Below are positions 44,278 to 54,995 of a stretch of 64,000 nt of DNA, one piece after another. This DNA is from a virus. The stretch covers positions 224,001 through 288,000 of IMG/VR virus record IMGVR_UViG_3300010224_000001. One strand, given 5' to 3'. The first letter of the stretch is position 1. Each line of letters starts with the position of its first letter. Made by a program: the position numbers and the translations under genes. Under the pieces are notes generated by a model. That model had not been told where the DNA came from. It saw only the letters and a list, made by a program, of their open reading frames with translations, and searched no databases.

Positions 44278-45873
44278 TTATTCAGCCTTAGGAGTATCGG
44301 TTTCAAGAGCAATGGATTCTGGTTTATACGAAAGATCATCGATGTGGAAAATCGCACCATTCATACCGCGAGGTTGCTTTACTTCATCTTGCGGATTAGC
44401 TTTCAGATAAGCTTCGACTTCTTCTGGGGTCGGAACTTGACCAGGATCGCCAGTGATCATCTCATTAAAAGATGCGTTCGACATTTCTTGACCATCCAGA
44501 AGCGGAGTCAGATTGACATCAGGATCCACATGACCACCGTCATCTACTGGAGCTTTCGTACCGTCTTCACCTTTAAGAACTGCAAACTTTTGACGCCAGC
44601 TAACTTCAAGAGCTTTTTCTTCCTCAGGAGTCAAGAAGATAGTACGACCTTTATCATCAGTAATACTAACAGTACGGGTCTTATCGGTAGTATCCGCAGT
44701 GCCGTCAAGATTACGTTTTACGTTCATGCTAATGAGCGGGACGAATGGCTTGAGCACCGGAGGATCGACCGACATGTCCATCGTCGTGCTATCTACATTA
44801 CCAAGGAAGACTTGGAACAGCGCTTCCGCAGTTACGTCACTTGCACAGTTAAGGAAGTTAGCGCGTTCTTCCGGATCAGTGATCTCTTCAACGCCTAGAG
44901 CAAGCTTAAGTGGTTCAGTAGAAGTAGTGATCGCTTCAGCAACCTTTGCTTCTTCTTCCAAGAAATTACTGTTAGCTTGCACTTGATCCTTAAGACTCTC
45001 AGCCAACTTACCAGCCACATCCAGCGCATCACTCAGCTTCGTTTTACGATCAGCCACGTCCGCTTCCAGCATAGCGCGCGTCCAAGGTTCGAGCGTATAT
45101 TCAGAATCCAGCAGTTGGCGCGCAGTCATCGGCTCCATGACTTCCAGTTCATCTTCACCTGCGGTCAGTTTGTAACCCAATGGCAGAATCATGTTCATGA
45201 TCACGCCCAGGTGCAGAATCTCTGGATCGGTATTTTGGGTGATGAACTGATTAGCGAACTCGAACCTGACTTCAGTCTCGCTAACCTGTACTCCGCTCTT
45301 GTTATAAATACGGGTTTCTTCAGTCAGGATTTCACGAACTGAATTACCAATGACAGTATTGAACAAATCAATATCGCCATTCGGAAGGTAAATAACGTCC
45401 GGAGCATCAATGTGACCGCCGTAACCAATCGAGACTTTGTTAGCCAGTTTCGATTCGCCTACCTTATTGGTACGGAAGTACGGGAAGTACAGCTTCTCAC
45501 CGTTTTCCAGAATCGAGCAGATTGCACAATACGGAAGGATCTGACGGAAGTTACGATTACCGGTATACGTCTGACCATTTTCATCGTAATTTATTTGATT
45601 GTCCAACATCTCACGACGACCAATGAACAGATAACTCTTTACTTCTTTCAGCCACTGCACCGCCGGATAAGCATTAATGCCATCTTTAAAGTTTTCTACA
45701 TTCCTGACCACAACACCGTTACTGGAGAATGAAATGGGGCTGAAATAATCAGCATCGACAGCTAGGATGAATTGCGGATGTTTGGGATCTTCTACATGTT
45801 GCTGTTGATCTTCGTTCCACTTATATTTAAACTGAAGTGCGACAGCGAGTTCTTGCGGATTTTCTACTTGCAT
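44278..45873 (-). CDS. NUDIX-like hydrolase with acidic C-terminal extension
   Basis: RQILPY, SIGYGGHID, REILTEET, HLG, LEPWT. Confidence 0.65.
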   Translation of the reverse strand: MQVENPQELAVALQFKYKWNEDQQQHVEDPKHPQFILAVDADYFSPISFSSNGVVVRNVENFKDGINAYPAVQWLKEVKSYLFIGRREMLDNQINYDENGQTYTGNRNFRQILPYCAICSILENGEKLYFPYFRTNKVGESKLANKVSIGYGGHIDAPDVIYLPNGDIDLFNTVIGNSVREILTEETRIYNKSGVQVSETEVRFEFANQFITQNTDPEILHLGVIMNMILPLGYKLTAGEDELEVMEPMTARQLLDSEYTLEPWTRAMLEADVADRKTKLSDALDVAGKLAESLKDQVQANSNFLEEEAKVAEAITTSTEPLKLALGVEEITDPEERANFLNCASDVTAEALFQVFLGNVDSTTMDMSVDPPVLKPFVPLISMNVKRNLDGTADTTDKTRTVSITDDKGRTIFLTPEEEKALEVSWRQKFAVLKGEDGTKAPVDDGGHVDPDVNLTPLLDGQEMSNASFNEMITGDPGQVPTPEEVEAYLKANPQDEVKQPRGMNGAIFHIDDLSYKPESIALETDTPKAE

Positions 45874-45934
45874 GACATTCCTTCTTAGTTGATTATTGGC
45901 AATTCTACATTTGATTACGTAGGTGCAACTTTTT

Positions 45935-46264
45935 TTATTTCTTCTTACGTTTCTTAGCAGCTTGAAGAAACTTCTCAACCTGATTTATCTTTGCTCTCTT
46001 ACCGACGATAGAATTAGCGAGAGGTCGTTTACCTTCTTTTGCTTGCTTGTCAAAACTATTTTCAGCAGCAATTAACTCCAAGTCAGTCTTCTGTCGGCCT
46101 TCAGGACGATTCCATCCGAAGAATGCAGTATTCGGCCAAGGTATTGGAAAGTTAGTACTAGTAACAATCGTTTCACTTGTTCCAAAAGGAGCACGATAGA
46201 AGTATTCACGACTAGACAAACTTGGAGTAGGATACGTAATTTCGGATTTGGTAAAATGTTTCAT
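45935..46264 (-). CDS. hypothetical basic protein
   Basis: 109 aa ORF. Confidence 0.55.
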   Translation of the reverse strand: MKHFTKSEITYPTPSLSSREYFYRAPFGTSETIVTSTNFPIPWPNTAFFGWNRPEGRQKTDLELIAAENSFDKQAKEGKRPLANSIVGKRAKINQVEKFLQAAKKRKKK

Positions 46265-46893
46265 GCTGTTACCTCTTCACTACTTGTCAAGAATCTTGAA
46301 TCGTTCGTTACATCCGGAACGTTTAGATAGAAGTGACCACGAATAGTACCGTTGCCATGAGAACGCAGATGTACGACATCATAACCGTTCTTAGTAAACT
46401 TAGGTGGGTAGTCATTATCCCAAACGATACGGTCAAACAAGACTTTAAAGCTACCAGCATTGAAGAAGCGTAGACGCAAGAAAGTAGGATCGCCTTCGCC
46501 AAGTCGAACGTATGGCCAATCCTTGGTATAAATAACAAGGTCCTTATCTACCGTGATGTCGTAGCCTCGCATGCTATCGCGAAGACTAAAACACAAAGTA
46601 CTTACTTCAATGTCTTTAACGGGGAAAGCTGTCTGTTCGTCGAAAGGCGACTTCTCAGGTAAGGGATGGGTGAATGGTAAACATTTAGCCTGATGAAAGA
46701 CGCCGCGTGTGGTTTGTTCAAACAAACGGACGATCTCATCGAAATGACCAGTTATTGTAGAACTATTATCTTCGGGTAAATTTAAATCAGTAACCAAGAG
46801 TTCCCATTTGCCATTTCCTACAGGTTTCATAACAACTCTTGTACCGTTAAACTCAAATATACCTAATTTATCTTGGTGTCGAACATCACCCAT
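46261..46893 (-). CDS. hypothetical protein (two modules shared with the two upstream genes)
   Basis: LGIF..FEQTTR plus IYTK.WP..L.F...G..K..FD. Confidence 0.6.
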   Translation of the reverse strand: MGDVRHQDKLGIFEFNGTRVVMKPVGNGKWELLVTDLNLPEDNSSTITGHFDEIVRLFEQTTRGVFHQAKCLPFTHPLPEKSPFDEQTAFPVKDIEVSTLCFSLRDSMRGYDITVDKDLVIYTKDWPYVRLGEGDPTFLRLRFFNAGSFKVLFDRIVWDNDYPPKFTKNGYDVVHLRSHGNGTIRGHFYLNVPDVTNDSRFLTSSEEVTA

Positions 46894-46914
46894 ACCGTCA
46901 CCTTGCAAGAAGCA

Positions 46915-47595
46915 TTACTCAAAACCACACATGAGAGGTTCAAGATACACGTTTCTCAAACCACGCGATTTCATGATCAACATGTCCTTAGATGCTTCGC
47001 TAAAGACAGGTAGAATACCATTGTAGAAATTGAAAGCATTAAGTTTATCGTCAAACTTAATTTTGTAATTTCCCACATCTTCAAACACCAACCAGAGTTG
47101 ATTGTAGCCGTCTTCATCATCACACATCACTGGCCAGCCTTTGGTGTAGATCGTGATCTCTCGAGACGGACCAACTGGACGGAAATACTGAGCCGTACCA
47201 TTTCTGTAATCCACCGTTACATGTGTATCCGTGGGATGGACAAGAATGTTGTAAACGTTGTTGGGTGGATGTTCTGGTAATACTTCAGCTTGCGGACTAT
47301 CCATCACAGCACGCATGCGTTCGTAGCTATTGCTAACTGTGATCTTGACATCGGTATGACCCATGCCGTAAGAATCTTCACAGCGCACATCTTCAATCTT
47401 GAGATTGTAACCCGACATCTGAGCATCAGCCACCAAACGAGCAGCGGCGCTAGCGATCTCTTTAGCCGATCTTACCACTCCACCTTGCAGATCTCGGCTC
47501 CAGATCGACGCGTCGATGAAAGGTTTCCTGTTAATGAATTTAATCTTGGTCAGTAAATTGACAAAGATACGTCGTGGTTTAATAGTGAATTTCAT
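46915..47595 (-). CDS. hypothetical protein
   Basis: C-terminal IYTKGWP module. Confidence 0.6.
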   Translation of the reverse strand: MKFTIKPRRIFVNLLTKIKFINRKPFIDASIWSRDLQGGVVRSAKEIASAAARLVADAQMSGYNLKIEDVRCEDSYGMGHTDVKITVSNSYERMRAVMDSPQAEVLPEHPPNNVYNILVHPTDTHVTVDYRNGTAQYFRPVGPSREITIYTKGWPVMCDDEDGYNQLWLVFEDVGNYKIKFDDKLNAFNFYNGILPVFSEASKDMLIMKSRGLRNVYLEPLMCGFE

Positions 47596-47822
47596 CGGAT
47601 TTTCTTGTTGACTTCGTCAGTAATGCTGGCAGAAATCGCACGACGTGTACCTTGTTCAAAAGCACGGCGAGCAATAGTAACACTCGTATAGGGTGTCTTT
47701 ACTGGGTTAGGATCACGGTTATCAATATTCGTCAGTGTTACCAGATAACCATTACTGGTCTGTTCGAATAACACTGACTTCTCACCGTACTGGAATAAAC
47801 CTAATTGGTTACTTGAAGACAT
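47592..47822 (-). CDS. hypothetical protein
   Basis: LGLF...FEQGTR module. Confidence 0.6.
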   Translation of the reverse strand: MSSSNQLGLFQYGEKSVLFEQTSNGYLVTLTNIDNRDPNPVKTPYTSVTIARRAFEQGTRRAISASITDEVNKKIR

Positions 47823-48333
47823 TCGAGTCGCTCGGTAGTACGAAGCTTTCTGCTACTTGTTCAGGAGTCATCACAACACGCACAGTGTTAGTCTCAACAA
47901 TGTACTGTCCTGGTGTAATGTATTTGTGATCCCGGCTGCCGTCTGCGAGAATCATCTCGATGAAAGCATTGCCAAACGAGAATTCCACTTCAGGATGATC
48001 ACCTGGTTTAAACCACTGGGTAATCTTTACAGGTTCCATCCGCGGCACTACAGTGAGTGTGTTACCTTCGCCGAAAGCTTTCTTGGAGCAGTCTGGACAC
48101 AGATCAATATCGCTATTGCGTGTCATCGGACCAGTCCAGCCTAAAGCGCGAGCATCGCGACGAATTGTTTCATCTTCGTAGGCTTTATAGCCTGCGACAA
48201 TCGGACCAGGTTTAGTTGAACCGTTACCACCATTGTAATTGGCTTTGCAGCACTGGCACTGAATACTGATCCAGCTAAAACCTTGACGTTCGATTCCATC
48301 AACGATAGCGGTCTGCATGATTCTATCTTCCAA
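47809..48333 (-). CDS. hypothetical zinc-binding protein
   Basis: CQCC, CPDC, QWFKPGDHP. Confidence 0.6.
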   Translation of the reverse strand: MEDRIMQTAIVDGIERQGFSWISIQCQCCKANYNGGNGSTKPGPIVAGYKAYEDETIRRDARALGWTGPMTRNSDIDLCPDCSKKAFGEGNTLTVVPRMEPVKITQWFKPGDHPEVEFSFGNAFIEMILADGSRDHKYITPGQYIVETNTVRVVMTPEQVAESFVLPSDSNVFK

Positions 48334-48352
48334 GAGTGATAATTGAATGGAG

Positions 48353-49396
48353 TTACTTTCGGATTAAACGTGGCTGTGCTGATTCGTTCTCTGCCAGATG
48401 AGTAATGATCTCATCAATAGTAGCTGCATCACCACGGTGGTGGTTTTCACTACAGAGCAGAGCACCTTTCTTCAGCGATTCAGTCCACGCACGAAGCTTT
48501 GGGATATCTCGACGATTGGTATCGCGATAAATTGCACGGCTCATGCCTAACTCAGGATTCGCCGTTTTGAATTCACGCATGTCACGCGCGATGGCGTATG
48601 CGGTACTAGGTTTAGCACTCATCGGATCACACAGCGCGCGCATATCCGCCCAGTCTTCAATCAATGCAGGTGCTTGTGGATCACGACCTTTGAGAATAAA
48701 AACTGGTTCGCCTTCTGCTAGGTCAATCTTAATCTCGGTCGATTTAGCAGCGTTATATTCAGGGATGGGTGAACCATCGAAGTGTGCTTTGATCGCTTCT
48801 TGTAGCCAGTTCTGATGATCCTCATCGCCTTGTTTGATGCTTTCAAACAGAGTTTCAACTTTCTTATTCAGCTTACTAATCTGCTCATGCACAAAGGCAT
48901 CTAAGGAGCTATACAAGTTTCGTTGTTCTGCATCCGACAAGTTATCCCAGCAAAAACCAGGCTGGTCAATTGCGTCTTGCAATTCATCGATCGTGAACAG
49001 TTCTGATTTAGCTGCAGTCGTATTGCTTTCGAGGGTGGCGATCTGTTCCATGAGGCTAGCTCCTATTAGGTCTTCCAGTGAAGAATGACGATTATTTAAC
49101 AGCCAATGATGAAGACTTCCTTTTAAGAAGTACTCACACGAATTAGCAGTAATATCGTTCTCTTCGATTTTATTCGGTGTGCTAGCAATGATAGAGAAGG
49201 CCTCTTGCACGGTCATCCCGCGATGAACTAAACCTTCTAAAGTGCAGCCAAACTCTTTCAGGATGGCGTTTTTATAATCGGTAAACATGAGGATAGGCAA
49301 CTCGTGAAGACGTTGACTGTTACTCAGTTTAACGCTATGGTATTCTAGCAATACAGCTGTCTCCATCTCCTCCGAAGAACTAACGCTTACTCGCAT
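48353..49396 (-). CDS. multidomain hypothetical protein
   Basis: 347 aa; EPVFILKGRDPQAP phage module. Confidence 0.65.
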   Translation of the reverse strand: MRVSVSSSEEMETAVLLEYHSVKLSNSQRLHELPILMFTDYKNAILKEFGCTLEGLVHRGMTVQEAFSIIASTPNKIEENDITANSCEYFLKGSLHHWLLNNRHSSLEDLIGASLMEQIATLESNTTAAKSELFTIDELQDAIDQPGFCWDNLSDAEQRNLYSSLDAFVHEQISKLNKKVETLFESIKQGDEDHQNWLQEAIKAHFDGSPIPEYNAAKSTEIKIDLAEGEPVFILKGRDPQAPALIEDWADMRALCDPMSAKPSTAYAIARDMREFKTANPELGMSRAIYRDTNRRDIPKLRAWTESLKKGALLCSENHHRGDAATIDEIITHLAENESAQPRLIRK

Positions 49397-49525
49397 AACG
49401 ATCCCTTGTTTTGGTTAATTATTTTCTTGCATTGCGGACACTTTCCTTATTATTAATTGCCGCTAATAAAAAAATAATGCGTCATAGATACTCTACCTCG
49501 AACCCGAAGATCCGAGGTAGAGATT

Positions 49526-49963
49526 TCACTGAACAACGAGACATGCATCTGGAGTTGGCTCGAGGTTATCTGTTAAAAACGCCAGATAACTCCCGATAGT
49601 TTTCGCATCTTTAATGTAATTCGCATCTGGACGAATCGCCCAAGTTTGATTACTGTTGCGGTAGTAGCAATGAAAGATTTCTAACAACTGTATAGCACGT
49701 TCGGATTCAACATCCGGCTGAACGCCGATCGGATCCAATACACGAATGAGTGGATACCGTTCATCGTGGGGAAGATAGTTCTGTTTGTCTTCGACCAAGA
49801 GTTCATATGCTTCTTGGACGTAGCTCTGATACTCATATTCCCAACGCTCTGGGCCTGATATTAAATTTCTCATCAGATCCATAGTGAAGTTTTGTTCAGC
49901 GGCATATACAATCGCCAGATCAAGTGGGAGTTTCACCTCCGACGTATCCACATACACGTTCAT
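49526..49963 (-). CDS. hypothetical protein
   Basis: 145 aa, AGGAGG SD. Confidence 0.6.
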   Translation of the reverse strand: MNVYVDTSEVKLPLDLAIVYAAEQNFTMDLMRNLISGPERWEYEYQSYVQEAYELLVEDKQNYLPHDERYPLIRVLDPIGVQPDVESERAIQLLEIFHCYYRNSNQTWAIRPDANYIKDAKTIGSYLAFLTDNLEPTPDACLVVQ

Positions 49964-50555
49964 TTACAAGTCCTCCTAGCACTGGACGACGGCTGTAATA
50001 ACAGAAGCGGTAAGAAAGCGTATGGCCATCACGTACTGACTTGTGCGTGCTATATTGATAATCCCAAACAGTACTATCTACCGTCGGGAAGAATCGATCA
50101 CACTCGTACGTGTTCTCAAGCAAGGTAAGAATCAAGTCATCAGCAATCGGTAATGCTTGCTGATAAATCGATTCGCCACCAATGATGAAAATTTGACGAT
50201 CACCCGCCATGTCAATCGCTTCTTCCAAAGAAGAGGCAATCTCCACCATCGGGTGAGTAACCGCGCCACTTGCGCTTACCACAATGTTACGACGACCTTT
50301 GAGATATTTCGGATGAGGCAACGACTCTTGAGTCTTACGACCCATGATAATCACGTGGCCTTCGGTGAGTCGTTTAAATTGCTTCAGGTCTTCCGACAAC
50401 TTCCACGGAATATCACCATCTTTGCCGATACCCATGCTCTGATCCACGGCAGCGATCAGTGTGATGTTGCGGGAAGAACCACCACCAGTTTTGTGAATTA
50501 CTTGCCCATGTGTGTTAAACGTAAAGCGGGCAGGTTTAGTTGTTGTGGATGTCAT
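49920..50555 (-). CDS. folA: dihydrofolate reductase
   Basis: IAAV..GIG..IPWKLSEDLKQFK, IMGRKT, IIGG, CDRFFP. Confidence 0.95.
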   Translation of the reverse strand: MTSTTTKPARFTFNTHGQVIHKTGGGSSRNITLIAAVDQSMGIGKDGDIPWKLSEDLKQFKRLTEGHVIIMGRKTQESLPHPKYLKGRRNIVVSASGAVTHPMVEIASSLEEAIDMAGDRQIFIIGGESIYQQALPIADDLILTLLENTYECDRFFPTVDSTVWDYQYSTHKSVRDGHTLSYRFCYYSRRPVLGGLVNERVCGYVGGETPT

Positions 50556-50564
50556 GATGTTTGA

Positions 50565-51152
50565 TTAAAGGCGATTCTGAAGAACTAATTCCTGACGATA
50601 ATCAGAGAACGTGTGAAAGTTACCACTGTTTGTAACAAACCCGCGCACTCCTTTACCAACTGGAAAATTGTTGATCCAACGCAAACCACGCCCACGTTGA
50701 TCTTCACGAATGACTTCTTCGATATCTGCAAACGTGTCTTCTTGAGAAGTTGCAACTACGAGAATATCACCATACAAAATGGCATTCGGATTATCAACAT
50801 GCCTGACTCGTTGGTCGCGAATGCTGCCTTTCTCCCGTTCACCAAACCGGTCACGTTGACTAATCTCCACCGACTTATAATAGCGTAAGTTCAATGGGTT
50901 ACTAGCGTTCGGCCAAGGACCTTGTACAGTCACAAGATGAATATCGTACATCTTGTAATAAAAACGCAGCCAGTACGAAAGGTATCCTAAAGAAGCGATT
51001 ACAATTAGAACTGCTAATGTTCGAACGGTGAAGTCAGACGGGATGGTAAAGAGCATCCAAGTTACAACTAATAGCACTGGAATGAACAGGCAGGTAATCG
51101 TGATCAGCTTAAAGGTTTTGTTTATTGCAAAACCTAAACGTTGATAAGACAT
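50565..51152 (-). CDS. membrane protein
   Basis: two TMs; GFVTN tail related to next gene. Confidence 0.6.
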   Translation of the reverse strand: MSYQRLGFAINKTFKLITITCLFIPVLLVVTWMLFTIPSDFTVRTLAVLIVIASLGYLSYWLRFYYKMYDIHLVTVQGPWPNASNPLNLRYYKSVEISQRDRFGEREKGSIRDQRVRHVDNPNAILYGDILVVATSQEDTFADIEEVIREDQRGRGLRWINNFPVGKGVRGFVTNSGNFHTFSDYRQELVLQNRL

Positions 51153-51206
51153 GGCAGGAATCCCCTATGAAAAACGACAAATGATAAATCACTGTTTATC
51201 ACGTTA

Positions 51207-51232
51207 GTGATATAGCTTTTCTTTCTTTTAGA
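51207..51232 (-). promoter_or_regulatory. phiKZ-type early promoter
   Basis: TCTAAAA-N11-TATATCAC. Confidence 0.55.
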
Positions 51233-51251
51233 ACCACATCTACTAAATTAC

Positions 51252-51920
51252 TTATTTGTTACGAGGATGGTATTCGCTAGGCTCAGTCATGTCTTCCGGC
51301 GTGGTCCAGAGGTTTTCAGAGAAGATCTCATCGGGGTGATGAATGTAAAGCGCTTGACCATTTGCTACTGCTAATGCTCGCGCTTCTCTACGACCGATAT
51401 ACCGATTCGTATTGGTCATGAAACCTTGTTTACACGTGTTGCCCGAAATGTGCATTTCAGACGCATCCTTTTCCCACATCAAGGTAATGCAGTGGTGATG
51501 TCGTCCTGGTTTCATTACTGAATATACATCACCGTTAATTGCTTTAATCGCTGACGCTACGATGATTTCTTTCTCTTTAGGGAAACCTTCAAAGTAACGC
51601 TTTTGCTCAGCTAACTGCTTTGGACTCCAGATGTAAGCTTTATACTTAGGCCAAGATTTAATTGTTACATAGCCACGGTATTCCCAGCATTTACTTAGAT
51701 AGGAGGGAATCGTGGCAACTATACAAACACCCCAGAACAAAGCGGTGATAAGACCCATGCAAATCAACAAACCCCAATGGTCGGCTAGCGTGATAGCAGC
51801 ATTAGCATCTCTGGTAAAGAGGTTCGTTAGAGTACCACTTAACAGTGATACAAAATAGATCTTGCTGAGAGTATTCCACGGATAGTAACTGACAAGAAAT
51901 GGAATGAACTTTACCTTCAT
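51252..51920 (-). CDS. membrane-anchored conserved phage protein
   Basis: TMs plus PGRHH, QGFMTN...R.EA, FSENLW. Confidence 0.65.
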   Translation of the reverse strand: MKVKFIPFLVSYYPWNTLSKIYFVSLLSGTLTNLFTRDANAAITLADHWGLLICMGLITALFWGVCIVATIPSYLSKCWEYRGYVTIKSWPKYKAYIWSPKQLAEQKRYFEGFPKEKEIIVASAIKAINGDVYSVMKPGRHHHCITLMWEKDASEMHISGNTCKQGFMTNTNRYIGRREARALAVANGQALYIHHPDEIFSENLWTTPEDMTEPSEYHPRNK

Positions 51921-52414
51921 GCTACCGCTCCTTGACGACGCTGTTTAATCGCACAACCGAAGTGCTTACGAAGAGTAATCGAAATGGCAGCCAATGAATA
52001 CGGATATTTGGCGGCAATCTCACGCAACTTAATATTCGGTTTATCGGTTGCCATTTTAATCATTCCTTCGCGTACGTCATCCGGAATCCGTAATTGAACT
52101 TTGTAAGGCAGGTGATTCTTCTTAAGACCAAGCTTACAATTACCAGGTGTATATTTACCCTTCTTACGTCGTAGTACCAAGCAGTACTTGGCTGGATTTG
52201 CATTCTTAGGTAAGGCTTTGTATTGCTGCCACAACCATACTACAAAACGACGAGAACCAACACCATTTGGCTCAGACCATTCTTTGCCAATACAACCATC
52301 TCCGTAGCGACTACGTAATGCCGTTAAACGATTACGTAATAGGCGTTGTTCGTACGCGCCAATATCGCGTCCTAAAATGATTGCGACTTCTTTGTCTTTT
52401 TCTTCAAGGGTCAT
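51917..52414 (-). CDS. degenerate HNH-like/HTH DNA-binding protein
   Basis: basic; L.R....G.Y.PGNC and C-terminal LREIA HTH. Confidence 0.45.
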   Translation of the reverse strand: MTLEEKDKEVAIILGRDIGAYEQRLLRNRLTALRSRYGDGCIGKEWSEPNGVGSRRFVVWLWQQYKALPKNANPAKYCLVLRRKKGKYTPGNCKLGLKKNHLPYKVQLRIPDDVREGMIKMATDKPNIKLREIAAKYPYSLAAISITLRKHFGCAIKQRRQGAVA

Positions 52415-52429
52415 TGTTGTTGGCTCTTA

Positions 52430-53335
52430 TTAAAATTCGATTTCTTCTTCCAGGATACGACGGACTTCCATCCAGACTTTACCCATGCGGTTTTCACCTT
52501 GCCATTTATCAGGATCGTGAATACGTTCATCATCCTTAGCAATGCCAACACCCCATTTGGTATCACTCTTACTGGCTTCAACTAAAAGCTTACCTTTAGT
52601 CGCCATTAAGTATTCGTAAACGTCTTTGTGTTCCCTAGCTTTTTGTAAACAAGCTTTGACGAGTAAAGCATCGGCTCTCTCATTCCATAAAGCGTCATTG
52701 TAAGGAGTTACTAGACGACCTAACTCTTTACATTTTGCTGGATCTTTCTCTTGCAGAATTAATGCGGCATTGACGTCATCTTTCATCAGCTTGGCTTTAC
52801 AGTACATCATGAAGCATTCGACTGTATGAAAGTAAACATCTTTTAACGTAAAACCACGACCGTTCCAATTCGAGAGTAAATCTTCTTTACCATGGAAAGC
52901 TACGACTTCTTTCTTACGACGTGGAACAGTGTGTTTGGGAAATGGGACTTTCCCATTAGGACGAGTTAACTCACCCACTATAACAACAGTATGTCCTTCT
53001 GATTCTAGATAATCCTTGGCTTTATAAATGAACATATGCCGGTGGCAGTATTCTCCCTTACGGCAGTAGCAAGCAAACGCTACCCGAGTATGTTCTTTCA
53101 GCATCTGCCAAATATGACCAGCTTCTGCACGCGAACGTTGCATCCGTTCGTTATAGATTGCTGTATATTGAGTCTGCGTTAATTCGCCATCTTTATAACG
53201 CATGACGTCAGACATCTTCGGAGAGAAAGCTTTCACTCCAGATGCGGCAGTAATATCTAGAAGCTCTACATTGGATTCTCTGGCAATCCGCCATTGTGCT
53301 AATTGAATCGTGTAGAGGTAATAAACTTGTCCCAT
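52430..53335 (-). CDS. DUF488-like domain fused to NADAR (YbiA) domain
   Basis: CYC...CHR; LSNW, KELGR, LVEAS..D.KWGVG, GENRMGK. Confidence 0.85.
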   Translation of the reverse strand: MGQVYYLYTIQLAQWRIARESNVELLDITAASGVKAFSPKMSDVMRYKDGELTQTQYTAIYNERMQRSRAEAGHIWQMLKEHTRVAFACYCRKGEYCHRHMFIYKAKDYLESEGHTVVIVGELTRPNGKVPFPKHTVPRRKKEVVAFHGKEDLLSNWNGRGFTLKDVYFHTVECFMMYCKAKLMKDDVNAALILQEKDPAKCKELGRLVTPYNDALWNERADALLVKACLQKAREHKDVYEYLMATKGKLLVEASKSDTKWGVGIAKDDERIHDPDKWQGENRMGKVWMEVRRILEEEIEF

Positions 53336-53439
53336 ATTTCATTCCCTTGTTATGCTAACGGTATAAATCCCACTCCCTGACGTTGCAGTCGGAGAGTGGG
53401 GATAAAACGTTACTACTACCTCAGCATACCATTTGTGAA

Positions 53440-54156
53440 TCAAGCATCGGATTGCGAATTACCTTCAGCTGCAGCTAAGATCTGTTTGTTGTTCTCAACC
53501 ACACGCTGAGCAAAGCCGAGCACAGAACCCATGCCAGAGTAAGGATTTGCACCTTGCATGCTCATGCCGGAGAGAACTTCTTTAGCTTTATCGAGAACAG
53601 GGTTATTACCACTGATATCGTAATTAGCCATCATTGGTTTAACACTGCCGTTGAAACTAAAGCCGCAGTAAACAACATCATCAGGAAAAGGCACTGTCTT
53701 ATCCAGGAAGGAACGAGGACCTTCAAAACTGGCTACCGCGCTCACCTTAAAGATCCACGCATCCACGACTTGTGTGCGAGTTAGATCAGGTTCAATTGCA
53801 ATGAATGTAAACAAATCGTCATTGAATTGAAACTTATTTTTCAAAGTTACCAAACGATGAATGGTAGACGTGATAGCTTTACCAAAAATTTCTTTGGCGC
53901 GGAAATGGGGTCGGCATTCGTGGAATGGCTTGCTTGGTTGATATGAATTGAAATGTAGATTATTATCAAATCCTTCAACGTTCTCTACATAAATCTCAAT
54001 CAATGCCGTTATGGCAGCTGCAAGCTGAGTACTGTACTTAGAGATGTTCTCATCTAGAACCTTAATGACCAGGTTCCTGCCAACATACTTCTGTTTACCG
54101 ATAAACTCAGCAGTAAGCTCAGGCAATACCAGATCGCCATTTTCATTTGCATGCAT
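53440..54156 (-). CDS. hypothetical protein
   Basis: 238 aa ORF. Confidence 0.65.
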   Translation of the reverse strand: MHANENGDLVLPELTAEFIGKQKYVGRNLVIKVLDENISKYSTQLAAAITALIEIYVENVEGFDNNLHFNSYQPSKPFHECRPHFRAKEIFGKAITSTIHRLVTLKNKFQFNDDLFTFIAIEPDLTRTQVVDAWIFKVSAVASFEGPRSFLDKTVPFPDDVVYCGFSFNGSVKPMMANYDISGNNPVLDKAKEVLSGMSMQGANPYSGMGSVLGFAQRVVENNKQILAAAEGNSQSDA

Positions 54157-54159
54157 GGT

Positions 54160-54741
54160 TTAAGCTTCCTTATCCGGAGCGCTAGCAACAGGCTCATGCA
54201 GCAGGACATGGATGACGTTAACGTATTCTTCGTCATCAGCCAGAACGAATACCCACGAATCGCTAATCGCGCGTTTAGTGGCATAGCACTTGACAGCTTT
54301 CGTGCTAATCACACGCAACAGCGGCAGCAGTGAAGACAGAGCGGATTTATGATCACCGTTCGGAACCAATTCGTTGTGACGAGTAAAAGCCGTCTGGAGC
54401 GACTCAATGACGACTGCCGATTCAACTTGTTCGTAAGCATCCTGGATGCCGTCATGCTGCAGTTCTTTATCGATGGCGATGTCGATAACGTCTTCACCTT
54501 CAACAACGATCGTGGCAGATTCGCACAGACGCTGCACCTTGCCTTCCTTCACCTCAACAACCAGATCATAGTTCACACTATGCTTGGCGCCAAACGAACG
54601 CTCTTTCATGTAGCTACGCAGTTGGCGATTCGTCGTCAGAGCTTCTTTACTGTACAGCGGATCGACGTGATACTCGATGAAAGCTGTAGCGGTTTTGTGG
54701 AAATCGAAAGCTGCGTGTTGAATTACGAAGTTTGCGTACAT
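54160..54741 (-). CDS. hypothetical protein
   Basis: 193 aa ORF. Confidence 0.65.
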   Translation of the reverse strand: MYANFVIQHAAFDFHKTATAFIEYHVDPLYSKEALTTNRQLRSYMKERSFGAKHSVNYDLVVEVKEGKVQRLCESATIVVEGEDVIDIAIDKELQHDGIQDAYEQVESAVVIESLQTAFTRHNELVPNGDHKSALSSLLPLLRVISTKAVKCYATKRAISDSWVFVLADDEEYVNVIHVLLHEPVASAPDKEA

Positions 54742-54995
54742 CTATTCTTCCTTTGTGTGGTGTTACTGTTGAGTTTGATCAACGCTTTCAATAATCGCAA
54801 CGACTGTTGCAACATCATCAGCGACCTGAGATTCTTGGTTATTGTGGAGACTACAACGCCAACGTGGATTGACGCCTTGACCTTTACCGCCAGTGCGATA
54901 AATGGCGATGCCTTGTCTTGGACCCTGCTGGCAGATTTCACAGCAGTGTTGGCTTACAGCAGGGATTAACAAGTCTGGATTCATTATTGAATTAC

